Assembly: GCA_944392485.1 (NCBI GenBank)
Contig: CALXWO010000001.1
Coordinates: 114,725 to 178,724 of the forward strand
Direction: 5' to 3'
DNA: 64,000 bases
DNA from: an uncultured Clostridia bacterium
GTDB lineage: Bacteria > Bacillota > Clostridia > TANB77 > CAG-508
The notes under the pieces were generated by a model that worked only from the letters and a program-made list of their open reading frames with translations, searched no databases and had not been told where the DNA came from. The stretch's first letter is position 1. Every line of letters begins with the position of its first letter. Below, piece after piece: positions 10,459 through 20,362 of this stretch. The translations under genes and the position numbers were made by a program.

Positions 10459-11203
10459 TTGGTAAAAGTAGTCCATTATTCCTGTGTATATTCCCCATGC
10501 TAGTTTGTTTTGGTATTCGTCTGTTTGCAATAATTGCTCTTCTTCGGGATTTGATAAAAATCCACATTCTATTATTGTTGTTGGTATTTCTACATGGTCT
10601 ATTATATAAATGTTTTCTATGTTTTTTGGTTCTCTTTTGTTTTCTTTTTGCATAGTTTGATTTAAATTTGTTTGTATTACTGTTGCAAGTTTTTTCCCTT
10701 GCTCATTTCCTTTTTTATAAAATGTTTGCCAACCCCAATATTGTTCCTGTGAAATTTTGTTTAGGTGTATTGATACAAATATATCGGCACTAGATTCATT
10801 CCCTATTTTTACTCTGTTATGTATGTCTGATATTTTCTTTTGCTTAATTGTTGTACTGTTTATGTCATATATTGCATTTTCATCAGATCTTGTAAGTATA
10901 ACTGTTGCTCCTGTTTGTTCTAATAAATTTTGAATTTTTGTTGCTATTTTTAAGTTTATTTCTTCTTCTGTTGTTCCCTGCTTGCTTTGTGCTCCTTCAT
11001 CTGGTAAACCATGCCCGTGCATCTATTATTATTGTTTTATTATTTGTTGGTAAAGCTACTGTTTGCATTGAGTCAATTTCTTTTTTGTTTGTATTTTTTA
11101 CATTATAGTTTGTTATTACAAATGTTAATATTAATAACATAATTAACCCAAATACTTTTAATATGTTTTTTCCATTTATAACAACCATAATAAAACACCT
11201 CAT
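10456..11203 (-). CDS. N-acetylmuramoyl-L-alanine amidase (amidase_3, CwlD-like) with a +1 (CGG) site at 11015-11017
   Basis: Signal/TM N-terminus ...KTIIIDA then a frame break. Sense GAT GCA CGG GCA TGG becomes GAT GCA GGG CAT GGT, giving the IIIDAGHGLPDEGA motif; downstream ADIFVSIHLN motif. Confidence 0.75.
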
Positions 11204-11244
11204 ATTATTTATATGAAGTGTTTTGTTTTATATTCTTATATGTT

Positions 11245-12177
11245 TTAATATTCTTCTCTTCTATCTATTGCATAGGAACTACCCATTGTTGTTTTTGCCA
11301 AATGTTTTACTTGTGCTCCTACTTCTCCTATTTCTAGTATGTTTGAAAATCTTTTTTTGTCTGCAACAACAACTCCTATTGAAATAGATGTTAATGGAAA
11401 TTCTTCTATTTTACCCCTTCTGTTACATACTTCTATATAACCTCTTTCTATATCAATATCGTTATAATATTTTACTATTTCTGTATCAAATTCTGCTATT
11501 ATGTTTTGACAAATTTGATCGTGATTTACTTTTTCGTCTACTATTGCTACAAAATCATCTCCGCCTATGTGTCCAACAAATACTTCTGAGTCTTCTACTG
11601 CATGTACATTTTTTGTAATTATTCTTGCTGTTAGTTTAATTATTTCGTCTCCTTTTATAAATCCATATACATCATTATATGCTTTAAAATTGTCTAAGTC
11701 TAAATATAGTACTTGGAAAGGCTCTTTTTTTAGCAATCTCTTTTTTAATTCTGTTTGTATTTGAACATTCCCTGGAAGTCCTGTTAGTGGGCTTACTGTT
11801 CTGTTTACAGATAATAATCTAGTTATGTTTTTTACTGCATAATATATATATTCATTACTAGAATCAGAAGATATTACATATTCAATGTTGTTTTTCATTA
11901 TATCTAATTTGTGTTCTTGGCTATCATCTTGTAATAAAACTAAAACTGGTGTTATGCTATTGTCTTCATTTTCTCTTATTTTTTGGCATAACTCTAATAC
12001 GTTTGTATTAATAGATTTTTCATTAATTACCATCAAGTCTGGTATGTTTTTAAGAGCAATATCTATATTTTCTGGTTTTATGTTTTTAAATCTAAAAGTT
12101 TTATCTTTTTGAAATTTTTCTCTTAACATCATTACTAAATCGCTTTCGCAATCTATAATGTATATTTCTTCAAACAT
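11245..12177 (-). CDS. response-regulator-like/GGDEF domain protein (GGDDF variant of the GG[DE]EF motif)
   Basis: C-terminal GGDEF-fold region (RLLSVNRTVSPLTGLPGN..., HIGGDDFVAIV) preceded by a REC-like N-terminal domain. Confidence 0.55.
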   Translation of the reverse strand: MFEEIYIIDCESDLVMMLREKFQKDKTFRFKNIKPENIDIALKNIPDLMVINEKSINTNVLELCQKIRENEDNSITPVLVLLQDDSQEHKLDIMKNNIEYVISSDSSNEYIYYAVKNITRLLSVNRTVSPLTGLPGNVQIQTELKKRLLKKEPFQVLYLDLDNFKAYNDVYGFIKGDEIIKLTARIITKNVHAVEDSEVFVGHIGGDDFVAIVDEKVNHDQICQNIIAEFDTEIVKYYNDIDIERGYIEVCNRRGKIEEFPLTSISIGVVVADKKRFSNILEIGEVGAQVKHLAKTTMGSSYAIDRREEY

Positions 12178-12203
12178 TTTTATCTCCTATCCTTTGTATT
12201 TTG

Positions 12204-13157
12204 TTATGGATTATAAGTACATTTTCCTCTATATATTTCTTCTGTATTTTCCATACTTGTTGCAATAATAATTACTGTATTTTCTCCTTCTTTTAAGTTG
12301 AATTGATATTCTATTTCAGCTTTTGTTGAATCATACCCTGAAAAGTTTTCGTCGTATATATATGTTACATCATTTACTAAAAATTCTATCTTTTTAAAGC
12401 CCATATCATGTGTCATTTTCATTATTAGCTTATTACCATCTTTTACAACACTAATTATAGGTTTATTTACTCCTTCAAATATTTTTTCTGTTTTTTCTTC
12501 ATTATCCAATACATTTACTGCTGTTACCTTTAGTGTGTTTTTACCTCTTTTTATATCGATTTCTGTTTCTAGTAGAGTTTGTCCTTCTTCTGTTGCTTCT
12601 ATTGTTGTTGGCTCTTCGTCATTCCATGAGTATGATATGCTTTTTATTCCATTATTGTCTGATGCTGAAATTTTTAATTTTCCGTTTCCTATTGTTTCAT
12701 CTAATTCTATTGTTGGTTTTTCTGTATTTTCTTGTCTATAAAATGTTTTTGTTGTTTGTGTTTGCTCTCCATTTAAATCTGTTACCGTAATTGTTAAAGT
12801 GCTTTCTCCTTCCGGAATTTCTAAGCTTTCTTCATTGCTTGTTCTTCCATTCATTTGCATTTCTTGTGGTTCTTCTTCGTTCCATTTATATGTAATAGTG
12901 TTTATTCCCACGGTTGAATTTGCAATTATTTTAATATTGTTTTCTAGCTCTTCTATTTGTATTTCTGGCTTTGTTATTGGTATTTCTTCTTCTTTGTTGT
13001 TTTTATGTAATTTATATCCATATAATGCAATTATTATAATTGCAAATATTATAATTGCTAAGCCAAAAAACATAATAACTTTTTTTGTATCAGCACTATT
13101 AGATTTATTGTTCTTTTTTTTATTATATTGGTTGCTTGTTAACAATATTTGATTCAT
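12204..13157 (-). CDS. membrane-anchored protein with three Ig-like repeats (hypothetical)
   Basis: N-terminal TM (MFFGLAIIIFAIIIIALYGY) followed by repeated roughly 70-aa modules (TLTITVTDLNGE / TLKVTAVNVLDNEE / NTVIIIATSMEN). Confidence 0.4.
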   Translation of the reverse strand: MNQILLTSNQYNKKKNNKSNSADTKKVIMFFGLAIIIFAIIIIALYGYKLHKNNKEEEIPITKPEIQIEELENNIKIIANSTVGINTITYKWNEEEPQEMQMNGRTSNEESLEIPEGESTLTITVTDLNGEQTQTTKTFYRQENTEKPTIELDETIGNGKLKISASDNNGIKSISYSWNDEEPTTIEATEEGQTLLETEIDIKRGKNTLKVTAVNVLDNEEKTEKIFEGVNKPIISVVKDGNKLIMKMTHDMGFKKIEFLVNDVTYIYDENFSGYDSTKAEIEYQFNLKEGENTVIIIATSMENTEEIYRGKCTYNP

Positions 13158-13244
13158 ATAAATCTCCTTTTTTTCTAATTTGCATTATACCACAATAAAT
13201 TTATATTTGTAAATAAGTTTATTTAATTTCCTAATAATTGGTAG

Positions 13245-13290
13245 AATAGTTAAAAATTAGGAGGATTAATCCTCCTAATTTTTATTTGTT
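13245..13290. terminator. bidirectional rho-independent terminator downstream of the adhesin gene
   Basis: AATTAGGAGGA-ttaa-TCCTCCTAATT 11-bp stem followed by a T-run. Confidence 0.5.
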
Positions 13291-13304
13291 ATTTAATTTT
13301 ATTT

Positions 13305-16300
13305 TTATATGTCTAAAACATATTTTTTAATTAAATATATTCCTATTCCTAAGATTGCAACAACTATAGTTGTAAGTAGTGTATATGCTGTTCCCATGCC
13401 AATACCTGTTTTTAATGATAGAATTACTAGTGCAAAGTCATCATCATCCTCTTGCTCTTTTTCGTAAGGATCTTGTTTGTTATCTGGTGTTGAGTCAATA
13501 TCTTTAGAGTTATGGTCATTATAATCTTCACTTATTTCTGCTATATTTGTTTTTAATCCAAGGTTATCTGGATCATTCTTCCAAGTAAATACTATTTCTA
13601 ATTCTGCACTTTCTCCTGGTTTTAGCAATACTGTTTCTAGTGCCCTTGTTGTTACTTTATCTTCTCCTTCTTTTACCCAACCATATTCTTTATTGTCTTC
13701 TGCTAAAAATTCTAATCCTTCTGGAATATAATCTGTTATTTCTGTTGCATATCCTTCAATTTCGCCTTCGTTTGTTACTCTTATTTTATATACAAACTTA
13801 ACTGTTGTTTTATTTAATTTATTTTTGTCTAATTCTACCTTTGCAACAGGCTCATTTTCTTTGTTGTCTCTTATTCCTGTTGTTTCTGTTTTACCTGTGT
13901 TTGGTTCAAATCCAGTTTCTGTTGTTGTTGTTTTTCCATCTACAGTAACTACTGTTTGAGTTACCCATTTTAAAAGGCTTAAATCGAAATATTTAACATA
14001 TATATATTCTTTATCTTGGTCGTCTTCTCCATCATTCCATTCGTCTGGCACTGAGTCTTCATCGTCATCACTATCTTCTGATATTTGTGCACTATTTACT
14101 ATTATTCTGTCTGATGTATTTGGTTCTGTTACTTTAAATGCAACTTTTACATCTTTATAGTCTGGATTTAATGGGTTTTCTGTACTAATTGGTTTGCTTG
14201 GGTCAAATGGTTTTATTAAATTATCTCTTTCTACTGTTTCTGTTGTTTCACCTGTTTCTTCGTTTGTAATAACTTGTCTATTCTCTTTTGCTTCAGATAA
14301 ATAATCTGTTACAATATCTACTGCTTCTTCTACATTTTCTGTTATATTACCATTTTCATCTAACATTACCCATTCATATTCTTTGTTAATATTATGATTT
14401 GGTAAGAATTCTAATCCTTCTGGTATGTCATCTTTTATTTCTTCTGCATAGCCTTCAACTGTTCCTTCATTATATACTCTAATTGTATAAATTACTACAT
14501 CATTATTTGCAACATATACTGGATCTTTGCTGTGTTCATAAATTATATTGCCTTCTTCTCCCATTGTTGGAACTGGAATTCTTGATGTTACATCTTCTGT
14601 TGTTCCGTTTGTTTCAACACCTGTTATAAATTTACGAAGTGCCAAATCAAAATATTTTAGTATTACTGGTTCATAATCATCATCATCTTCTTGTTGTTTA
14701 TCATATGGATCTTGTTTATTATTTGGTGTAGAATCTCTATCAATTATATCATTTCCATTTTCATCTTTATCTTCAGAAATTTCTGCTATATTTGTTATTG
14801 TATCTTTATATGTATTTTCTGCAACTACTAAACATGATATTTGAACATCTTTATAATATAGTCCTCCATCACCTGTCTCAGCTTTTTGCCAACCTTCTTC
14901 TTCCTCTGTTTTGTTTTTATCAAATGCTTTTATAAGCTTATCATTTAGTTCATTTGTTGTTAATTTAATTTCTCCTGTTACTAACTGAACTTCCTCTAAA
15001 CTTGTTATTCCTGTAAAGTCATCTAGTTCAAAATTTTTTACATCTTCTTCTGTTTTATAGAATCCATTTTCTCCAACTAAATTCATTGTTTGGTCAGCAT
15101 CTAGTTCATTTGATAATTTCCATAGATTATCTACATTAGTATTATAATAATTTATGTAAGCTAAACCTTCTGGAATATAATCTGTTATTTCTGTTGCATA
15201 TCCATCTAAATCGCCTTCATTATATATTCTTAAAGTATATGTAATTATATCTCCTTTTTTAACAGTTAATGGTTCTTTAGAATGTTCATAAGTTGCTGTA
15301 TGTTCTAATTTGCCATCCCTATTAAATGTACCATTTATTAGAGTTTCTGTATTTATTTTTGGAGTTCTATCATCAAATTCTACTTCTTCTCCGTTACGTT
15401 TTATAGATGTAATAAATTTACGAAGTGCTAAATCAAATGTTTTACTTGTGTTAGTTATATCATATTTATCTATTTCTGTTGTATATCCTTCAACTGGATC
15501 TTCTGTTATTGTATAAACATATTCTCTTCCAGTTTCATCATATTTTTCTAAATTATCAAATGTATATTCCCAATTATCATTTGCACTAATTGTTTTACTA
15601 TCTATTTCTTCTCCATCTCTAAATAAATGTATTGTTATTGTTTCTGGTCTTGTTCCATAAATATTATCGTAATCCACCCATGTTTTTGTTCCACTAATAC
15701 TTGTTATTGTTTCGTACCTATTTATTATGTTATAACCATCAATTTCTGTTTCGTATCCTTCTACTGGTACTTCTTGTATTTCGTAGACATATTCTTTTCC
15801 ATTTTCATCATATTTTTCTAAGTTATCAAATGTATATTCCCAATTATCATCTGCTGTTATTGTTTTTCTTTCTATTTCATTTCTATTTCTTAATAATATT
15901 ATTGTAATACTTTCTGGTCTTGTATTATCTGCATTGTTGTAATCTACCCATGTTTTTGTTCCGCTAATACTTATTGGTGGTTCTTTTTCTACAGTAATTT
16001 CATCTTCTGAATAAATTTTTTCTTTTTCTATTTCAACTACAGGTTGAGTTATATTACCAGCAGTTAAAAATGTTGCTGTATTATTATAGTATTCTGAAGA
16101 CATTTTTAAAGTAACACTTGACATATCATATTGATTGTTTTCATCTATTTCTAATAAAGTTGAACCTTTTTCAAATGCTTTATAAAATCTAATATAATAA
16201 TTCATACCTTTAATTAGTTTATTGTCTTTTACTTCTGTTCCATCTTCTTTAACAAACTTATATACAGTATGCCTTTGATTTTCTGCTATTTCAAAAAAGG

Positions 16301-17354
16301 CTGTAATTTCTTTTCCAGTTGCATCATATAATTTTATATCAGATGCATCTATTGTTTTTCTTTCTGAAGCTATTCCTTCTATTTTTACAGGACCTATTTC
16401 ATAATAATTATATAATCCCATATTATCATTGCTTGTAATTTTTAAGCTATTTGTTTTATCAAATTTATTTGTTTCTATAATATTTAAACTTCCTGTTTCG
16501 CTATCTATTTTATATTTATTAGAATTTTCAATTGCACCTTTTATAAAATATTGATAAATTTTATTTAAATTTTCTTCTCTTTCACCTATATCGTTTGAAT
16601 CATTAATTTTTAAAAATTGTGTAGGATACATTGTTTCTTGTGATACAGTAGGAACTATTTTTGCTTTTTGCTCGTCATAGTTTGAAAAGTACCAAATTGC
16701 AAGTTGTTGTAGTACTTCTATATCATCATCTGTTATAGCATCTTGCTCTTCTTTTACAATTCCTACTTTGTCTAGCAACTCATTTTTATATTCGCTTGCA
16801 TCATATACAATTTGTCCTTCTAAATTTGTTATATCTTTAGGTAAATATGATTCATCTAAAACCCATAAAATGGCATTGTATATATTTACTGTTCCTTTAA
16901 CTGTTTCTCCATTAATTTCTACTTCAATATTTTCTTCTCTATCAAAATTAATGTTTGCACCATTTTCTCCAGTTTTATATTCGTTCATTGCATTTATTAT
17001 GTTTATTCTGTCTGTATTTGAATGCATTTCTCCAAGTTCTGTGTATTCTACAGGATCTATTGATATATCTTCTCCATGTGCTCCAAATCCTATTCCACCT
17101 CTTAGACAGTAGAGAGCTTTTGTATATGCTAATTCTTCTGAAATTTTATCATCATTATCAAATATTTTTACAACTGTATAATATAAGCTGTCGCCTCCAT
17201 TATACTTGTATGTACTTGATGTGAATGGTCTTTCTGTTTGAGCTCCTAAACTTCTTGTTATATCTGCTGCATATACATTTCCGAAAATTAATCCAGATAT
17301 AATTAAAATTAATAATGCAATTAGTAAAATTCTAATCTTTTTCATATTTACCAT
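13305..17354 (-). CDS. large cell-surface adhesin/pilin-like protein with tandem CnaB-type and DUF11-like (isopeptide-forming) domains and a C-terminal hydrophobic anchor
   Basis: Signal peptide; two near-identical CnaB repeats (SISGTKTWVDY..TRPE.I.I.L.R...I...TI.A.DNWEYTFDNLEKYDE.G.EYVY.I.E.PVEGY.TEID.Y). Repeated FDLALRKFIT / FDLSLLKWVT DUF11-like modules separated by D/E-rich linkers. C-terminal TM (no clear LPXTG). Confidence 0.7.
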   Translation of the reverse strand: MVNMKKIRILLIALLILIISGLIFGNVYAADITRSLGAQTERPFTSSTYKYNGGDSLYYTVVKIFDNDDKISEELAYTKALYCLRGGIGFGAHGEDISIDPVEYTELGEMHSNTDRINIINAMNEYKTGENGANINFDREENIEVEINGETVKGTVNIYNAILWVLDESYLPKDITNLEGQIVYDASEYKNELLDKVGIVKEEQDAITDDDIEVLQQLAIWYFSNYDEQKAKIVPTVSQETMYPTQFLKINDSNDIGEREENLNKIYQYFIKGAIENSNKYKIDSETGSLNIIETNKFDKTNSLKITSNDNMGLYNYYEIGPVKIEGIASERKTIDASDIKLYDATGKEITAFFEIAENQRHTVYKFVKEDGTEVKDNKLIKGMNYYIRFYKAFEKGSTLLEIDENNQYDMSSVTLKMSSEYYNNTATFLTAGNITQPVVEIEKEKIYSEDEITVEKEPPISISGTKTWVDYNNADNTRPESITIILLRNRNEIERKTITADDNWEYTFDNLEKYDENGKEYVYEIQEVPVEGYETEIDGYNIINRYETITSISGTKTWVDYDNIYGTRPETITIHLFRDGEEIDSKTISANDNWEYTFDNLEKYDETGREYVYTITEDPVEGYTTEIDKYDITNTSKTFDLALRKFITSIKRNGEEVEFDDRTPKINTETLINGTFNRDGKLEHTATYEHSKEPLTVKKGDIITYTLRIYNEGDLDGYATEITDYIPEGLAYINYYNTNVDNLWKLSNELDADQTMNLVGENGFYKTEEDVKNFELDDFTGITSLEEVQLVTGEIKLTTNELNDKLIKAFDKNKTEEEEGWQKAETGDGGLYYKDVQISCLVVAENTYKDTITNIAEISEDKDENGNDIIDRDSTPNNKQDPYDKQQEDDDDYEPVILKYFDLALRKFITGVETNGTTEDVTSRIPVPTMGEEGNIIYEHSKDPVYVANNDVVIYTIRVYNEGTVEGYAEEIKDDIPEGLEFLPNHNINKEYEWVMLDENGNITENVEEAVDIVTDYLSEAKENRQVITNEETGETTETVERDNLIKPFDPSKPISTENPLNPDYKDVKVAFKVTEPNTSDRIIVNSAQISEDSDDDEDSVPDEWNDGEDDQDKEYIYVKYFDLSLLKWVTQTVVTVDGKTTTTETGFEPNTGKTETTGIRDNKENEPVAKVELDKNKLNKTTVKFVYKIRVTNEGEIEGYATEITDYIPEGLEFLAEDNKEYGWVKEGEDKVTTRALETVLLKPGESAELEIVFTWKNDPDNLGLKTNIAEISEDYNDHNSKDIDSTPDNKQDPYEKEQEDDDDFALVILSLKTGIGMGTAYTLLTTIVVAILGIGIYLIKKYVLDI

Positions 17355-17730
17355 CCTTTATTTTTTATTTATAACTATTATATTTATTTTTTTAAATTAA
17401 ATCAATAGCCTTTTTTATCTTGTTTTTAATGTAATAAAAATCGTTTTCTAACACCTTACGGAAATAGTTTTTGCGTTTATCAATATTTTTATTTGGTTTA
17501 TATTACATTTTTATTACATTTTAAATATATATTTAACAAAAATTTATTGTTGTTTTAATCCCCTTATTTCCGTAGGTTTTATTTGTTTTTTTAATTTTTA
17601 TATTAATTATATTCGTACATATTAATTATAACTCAAACCGCTAATATTTTCAACTGATTATGTAAAATTTGCTTTGAAAATGGCTATTTTCTATGTTTTT
17701 TGTTTTAATTAATTTAAATACTTTTCTATT

Positions 17731-17766
17731 GACTTTTCTTACAAACTTTGTTATCATAGTAATGCT
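17731..17766 (+). promoter_or_regulatory. sigma-A-type promoter for the tRNA-Gly/tRNA-Cys unit
   Basis: TTGACT-17 nt-TATCAT about 10 nt upstream of the tRNA-Gly 5' end. Confidence 0.4.
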
Positions 17767-17775
17767 TTAATTTTC

Positions 17776-17851
17776 GCGGGAATAGCTCAGTTGATAGAGC
17801 GATGCCTTGCCAAGGCATAGGTCGCGGGTTTGAGCCCCGTTTCCCGCTCCA
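17776..17851 (+). tRNA. tRNA-Gly (anticodon GCC)
   Basis: Cloverleaf readable by eye: acceptor GCGGGAA/TTCCCGC, D-arm GCTCAGTTGATAGAGC, anticodon loop TTGCCAA, T-arm GGTTTGAGCCC, encoded CCA. Confidence 0.85.
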
Positions 17852-17982
17852 ATTTTTTAACAAAGTTAAAAATTTGTACTATTCACTTTTAAATTTTCAC
17901 TATTAATTAGTACTATTTTTATTTGACTTGAATAAATTATCTTTAAAGGCTAGCAAGTTTAAATATCAAAATTTTAATATAT

Positions 17983-18057
17983 GGCGTTGTAGCCAAGTGG
18001 TAAGGCACGAGTCTGCAAAACTCTGATTCGGCGGTTCGAATCCGCCCAACGCCTCCA
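17983..18057 (+). tRNA. tRNA-Cys (anticodon GCA)
   Basis: Acceptor GGCGTTG/CAACGCC, anticodon loop CTGCAAA, T-arm GGTTCGAATCC, encoded CCA. Confidence 0.85.
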
Positions 18058-18097
18058 AACTTGCCTTTGTCAAGAATTAAAAACTAAAAGTTAAAAA

Positions 18098-18160
18098 TAA
18101 GTACAAGCATGCCAATGAAAAAAATTCTAAAGGCATGTTTGTACTTTTTATTTTTCACTC
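18098..18160. terminator. bidirectional terminator between tRNA-Cys and the convergent dacB-like gene
   Basis: GTACAAGCATGCC...GGCATGTTTGTAC imperfect stem followed by TTTTTATTTTT. Confidence 0.5.
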
Positions 18161-18185
18161 TTCATTATTCATTATATTTTAAATT

Positions 18186-19463
18186 TTAAAAATTGTAGGA
18201 TCGCTGACATTTCAAGCATTCTAAAAAATAATCTTTTATATCTTTCCTTCCTACATCTTCATTTGTTACTATATTTAAGGTTAATATCTCTTTTTCTCTT
18301 ATTTTTACTGTAAGTTTTGCAACTAAAATATTTTTTGTTACCGGAGCTTCAAAAAAAGTATTAATATTATCTATTGATATGCTTATATCTTTTAAACTTT
18401 CTTTTTTTGTAGGATAATAATTATATTTAATATCTTCTAATTTAACATTTATATTATTTTTCTTGCCTTTATATACAAATATCCTATTTTCATTAATTTT
18501 ACACCATTCTTCATATTTTTCTTTTATTAAATCTGCAATATTCATTTGTTCAAAATTGTTATACGTGTATTCTATTAAACTTATAGAATCCTTAGTTCTA
18601 ATTTTTTTTGTGTCTGCACCTAAAACTACTGTTATTATATTAAACCCATCTCTATCTACAGATGTTACTAAACACCTTCCTGCCCCATTAGTAAATCCTG
18701 TTTTTACTCCGTTTACTCCTTTTAAATATCCCAAAAGTTCATTAGTATTTGTTATTGTTTTATAATTTCCATCTATACATACTGTATAATTCCTTGTTTT
18801 TACAACTTCTGCAAATTTCTCTATGTTTAGAGCATAATCTGTAATTATTGCTAGTTCATAAGCTGTTGTATAGTGTTCTTCCATATCTAAACCGTGAGGT
18901 GTTACAAAGTGTGAATTTTTAAGTCCCATTTCTTCTGCTTTTTTATTCATTAAATTCGCAAAGCCCTCTACACTACCTCCAACGCTTACGGCTATTTGGA
19001 TTGCAGCGTCATTTCCGGAACATAATAGCAAGCCATATAATAAATCATTAACACTAACTTTGTCACCTTTTTTTAATCCTAACCTTGAGCCTCCAATTGC
19101 TCCTGCCTCTTTACAAACTTCTACTTGTGTCTCTAATGTTAAGGAATTATTTTTCTCTATATTCTCTAATAAAACTATAGCTGTCATAATTTTTGTAGTA
19201 GAAGCCATTGGTACTTTTTTATTTGAATTTTTTTCATACAATATAGTTTTAGAGTCTCTATCTAATACTATTGCGTACTTTGAATTTATATTTGGTTCTT
19301 TGCTTGTACTGTTTGAAGCATTAGTAATTTCTTCTTGTAACCATATGTAATCTGTTGCTTCTTCTATTTCGAATGCAAAACTATTAAAATTTAAAATGAA
19401 TATTATTAATATAATATTTAATACAATTGTTAAAAGTTTCCTTTTATTTTTCATAAAAATCAC
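18186..19463 (-). CDS. serine-type D-alanyl-D-alanine carboxypeptidase (PBP5/DacB/DacF-like) with C-terminal PBP5_C domain
   Basis: Signal peptide, SxxK (ASTTKIMTA), SGN (LCSGND) and KTG (VKTGFT) motifs. Confidence 0.8.
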   Translation of the reverse strand: MIFMKNKRKLLTIVLNIILIIFILNFNSFAFEIEEATDYIWLQEEITNASNSTSKEPNINSKYAIVLDRDSKTILYEKNSNKKVPMASTTKIMTAIVLLENIEKNNSLTLETQVEVCKEAGAIGGSRLGLKKGDKVSVNDLLYGLLLCSGNDAAIQIAVSVGGSVEGFANLMNKKAEEMGLKNSHFVTPHGLDMEEHYTTAYELAIITDYALNIEKFAEVVKTRNYTVCIDGNYKTITNTNELLGYLKGVNGVKTGFTNGAGRCLVTSVDRDGFNIITVVLGADTKKIRTKDSISLIEYTYNNFEQMNIADLIKEKYEEWCKINENRIFVYKGKKNNINVKLEDIKYNYYPTKKESLKDISISIDNINTFFEAPVTKNILVAKLTVKIREKEILTLNIVTNEDVGRKDIKDYFLECLKCQRSYNF

Positions 19464-19659
19464 CTTGTTAAATTGTATTAAATATCTAAATTGTTATGAC
19501 ATAAAGATATATTAAATAGCATTAAAAATGCATAGCCATCAATTATATTTTAAAATCTACCACAACTCTTTAAATTACTTTTAGTAATTTTTGCAAAATT
19601 ATACAATATTTATTAATTATGTGGTATGATTATATAAAATATATGAAAGGAACATACTG

Positions 19660-20298
19660 ATGAAAGATTATTATAAAATTTTAGAAGTAAATAAAGATGC
19701 ATCACAAGAAATAATATCAAAAGTATACAAAGTATTAGCCAAAAAATATCATCCAGATTTACAAGATGAATCAAATAAATCTGTAGCTGAAGAAAAATTT
19801 AAAGAAATTTCAGAAGCCTATGAAATATTATCAGATGAAGAAAAGAGAAAACTTTATGATCAAAAATTAGAAGCTGAAAACCAGGAAAACTTTATAAATA
19901 GAAATGATTATGAAACTCTTAGAAATTATTGTATTCAATTAGAAAATGAATTAAATCAAATAAAAAATATATATTCAGGGCAAGATACTGGATATAATCA
20001 AGAATATTATTCTCCAAATGAGCCTTCTAATGGATCAAATCAACAGTTTCAACAAGAAAGTTATACTGAAGCATCTAATCAGGCATATCATGACGCTGTA
20101 AACAAGGCATATCATGATGCATATATAAATAATTTAAAAAATATGGGATATAAAATAAAATATAAAAAAACTTTTAAAGAAACCTGTAAAAACTTATTAT
20201 CATTAATTATTACAGCAGTAATTGTTTTTATTATTATAAAAATTTTATGGGCAATTCCTTCTGTAAAAGAATATATTATTTCTTTATTCACAATATAA
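19660..20298 (+). CDS. J-domain (DnaJ-like) protein with C-terminal transmembrane anchor
   Basis: KDYYKILEV...AKKYHPDL J domain with HPD, Q/N-rich linker, C-terminal TM ([21 protein letters not shown]). Confidence 0.65.
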   Translation: MKDYYKILEVNKDASQEIISKVYKVLAKKYHPDLQDESNKSVAEEKFKEISEAYEILSDEEKRKLYDQKLEAENQENFINRNDYETLRNYCIQLENELNQIKNIYSGQDTGYNQEYYSPNEPSNGSNQQFQQESYTEASNQAYHDAVNKAYHDAYINNLKNMGYKIKYKKTFKETCKNLLSLIITAVIVFIIIKILWAIPSVKEYIISLFTI

Positions 20299-20321
20299 TA
20301 TTTGTTTAATTTAACTATAAA

Positions 20322-20362
20322 AAAGATAGAAAAGAAAGCAAAAATACTTTCTTTTCTATCTT
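20322..20362. terminator. bidirectional terminator between convergent genes
   Basis: Perfect 15-bp stem AGATAGAAAAGAAAG/CTTTCTTTTCTATCT with 8-nt loop. Confidence 0.55.

Noticed and set aside
10235-10567. ORFs translating the REP arrays (10235-10567 minus, 10303-10503 plus, 9057-9404 plus, 8935-9141, 41837-42070, 41886-42208, 57524-57931) with repetitive LRAKKSPAEK-type peptides
   Set aside because: They are in-frame readings of the tandem repeat in both strands; no RBS and no coding periodicity.
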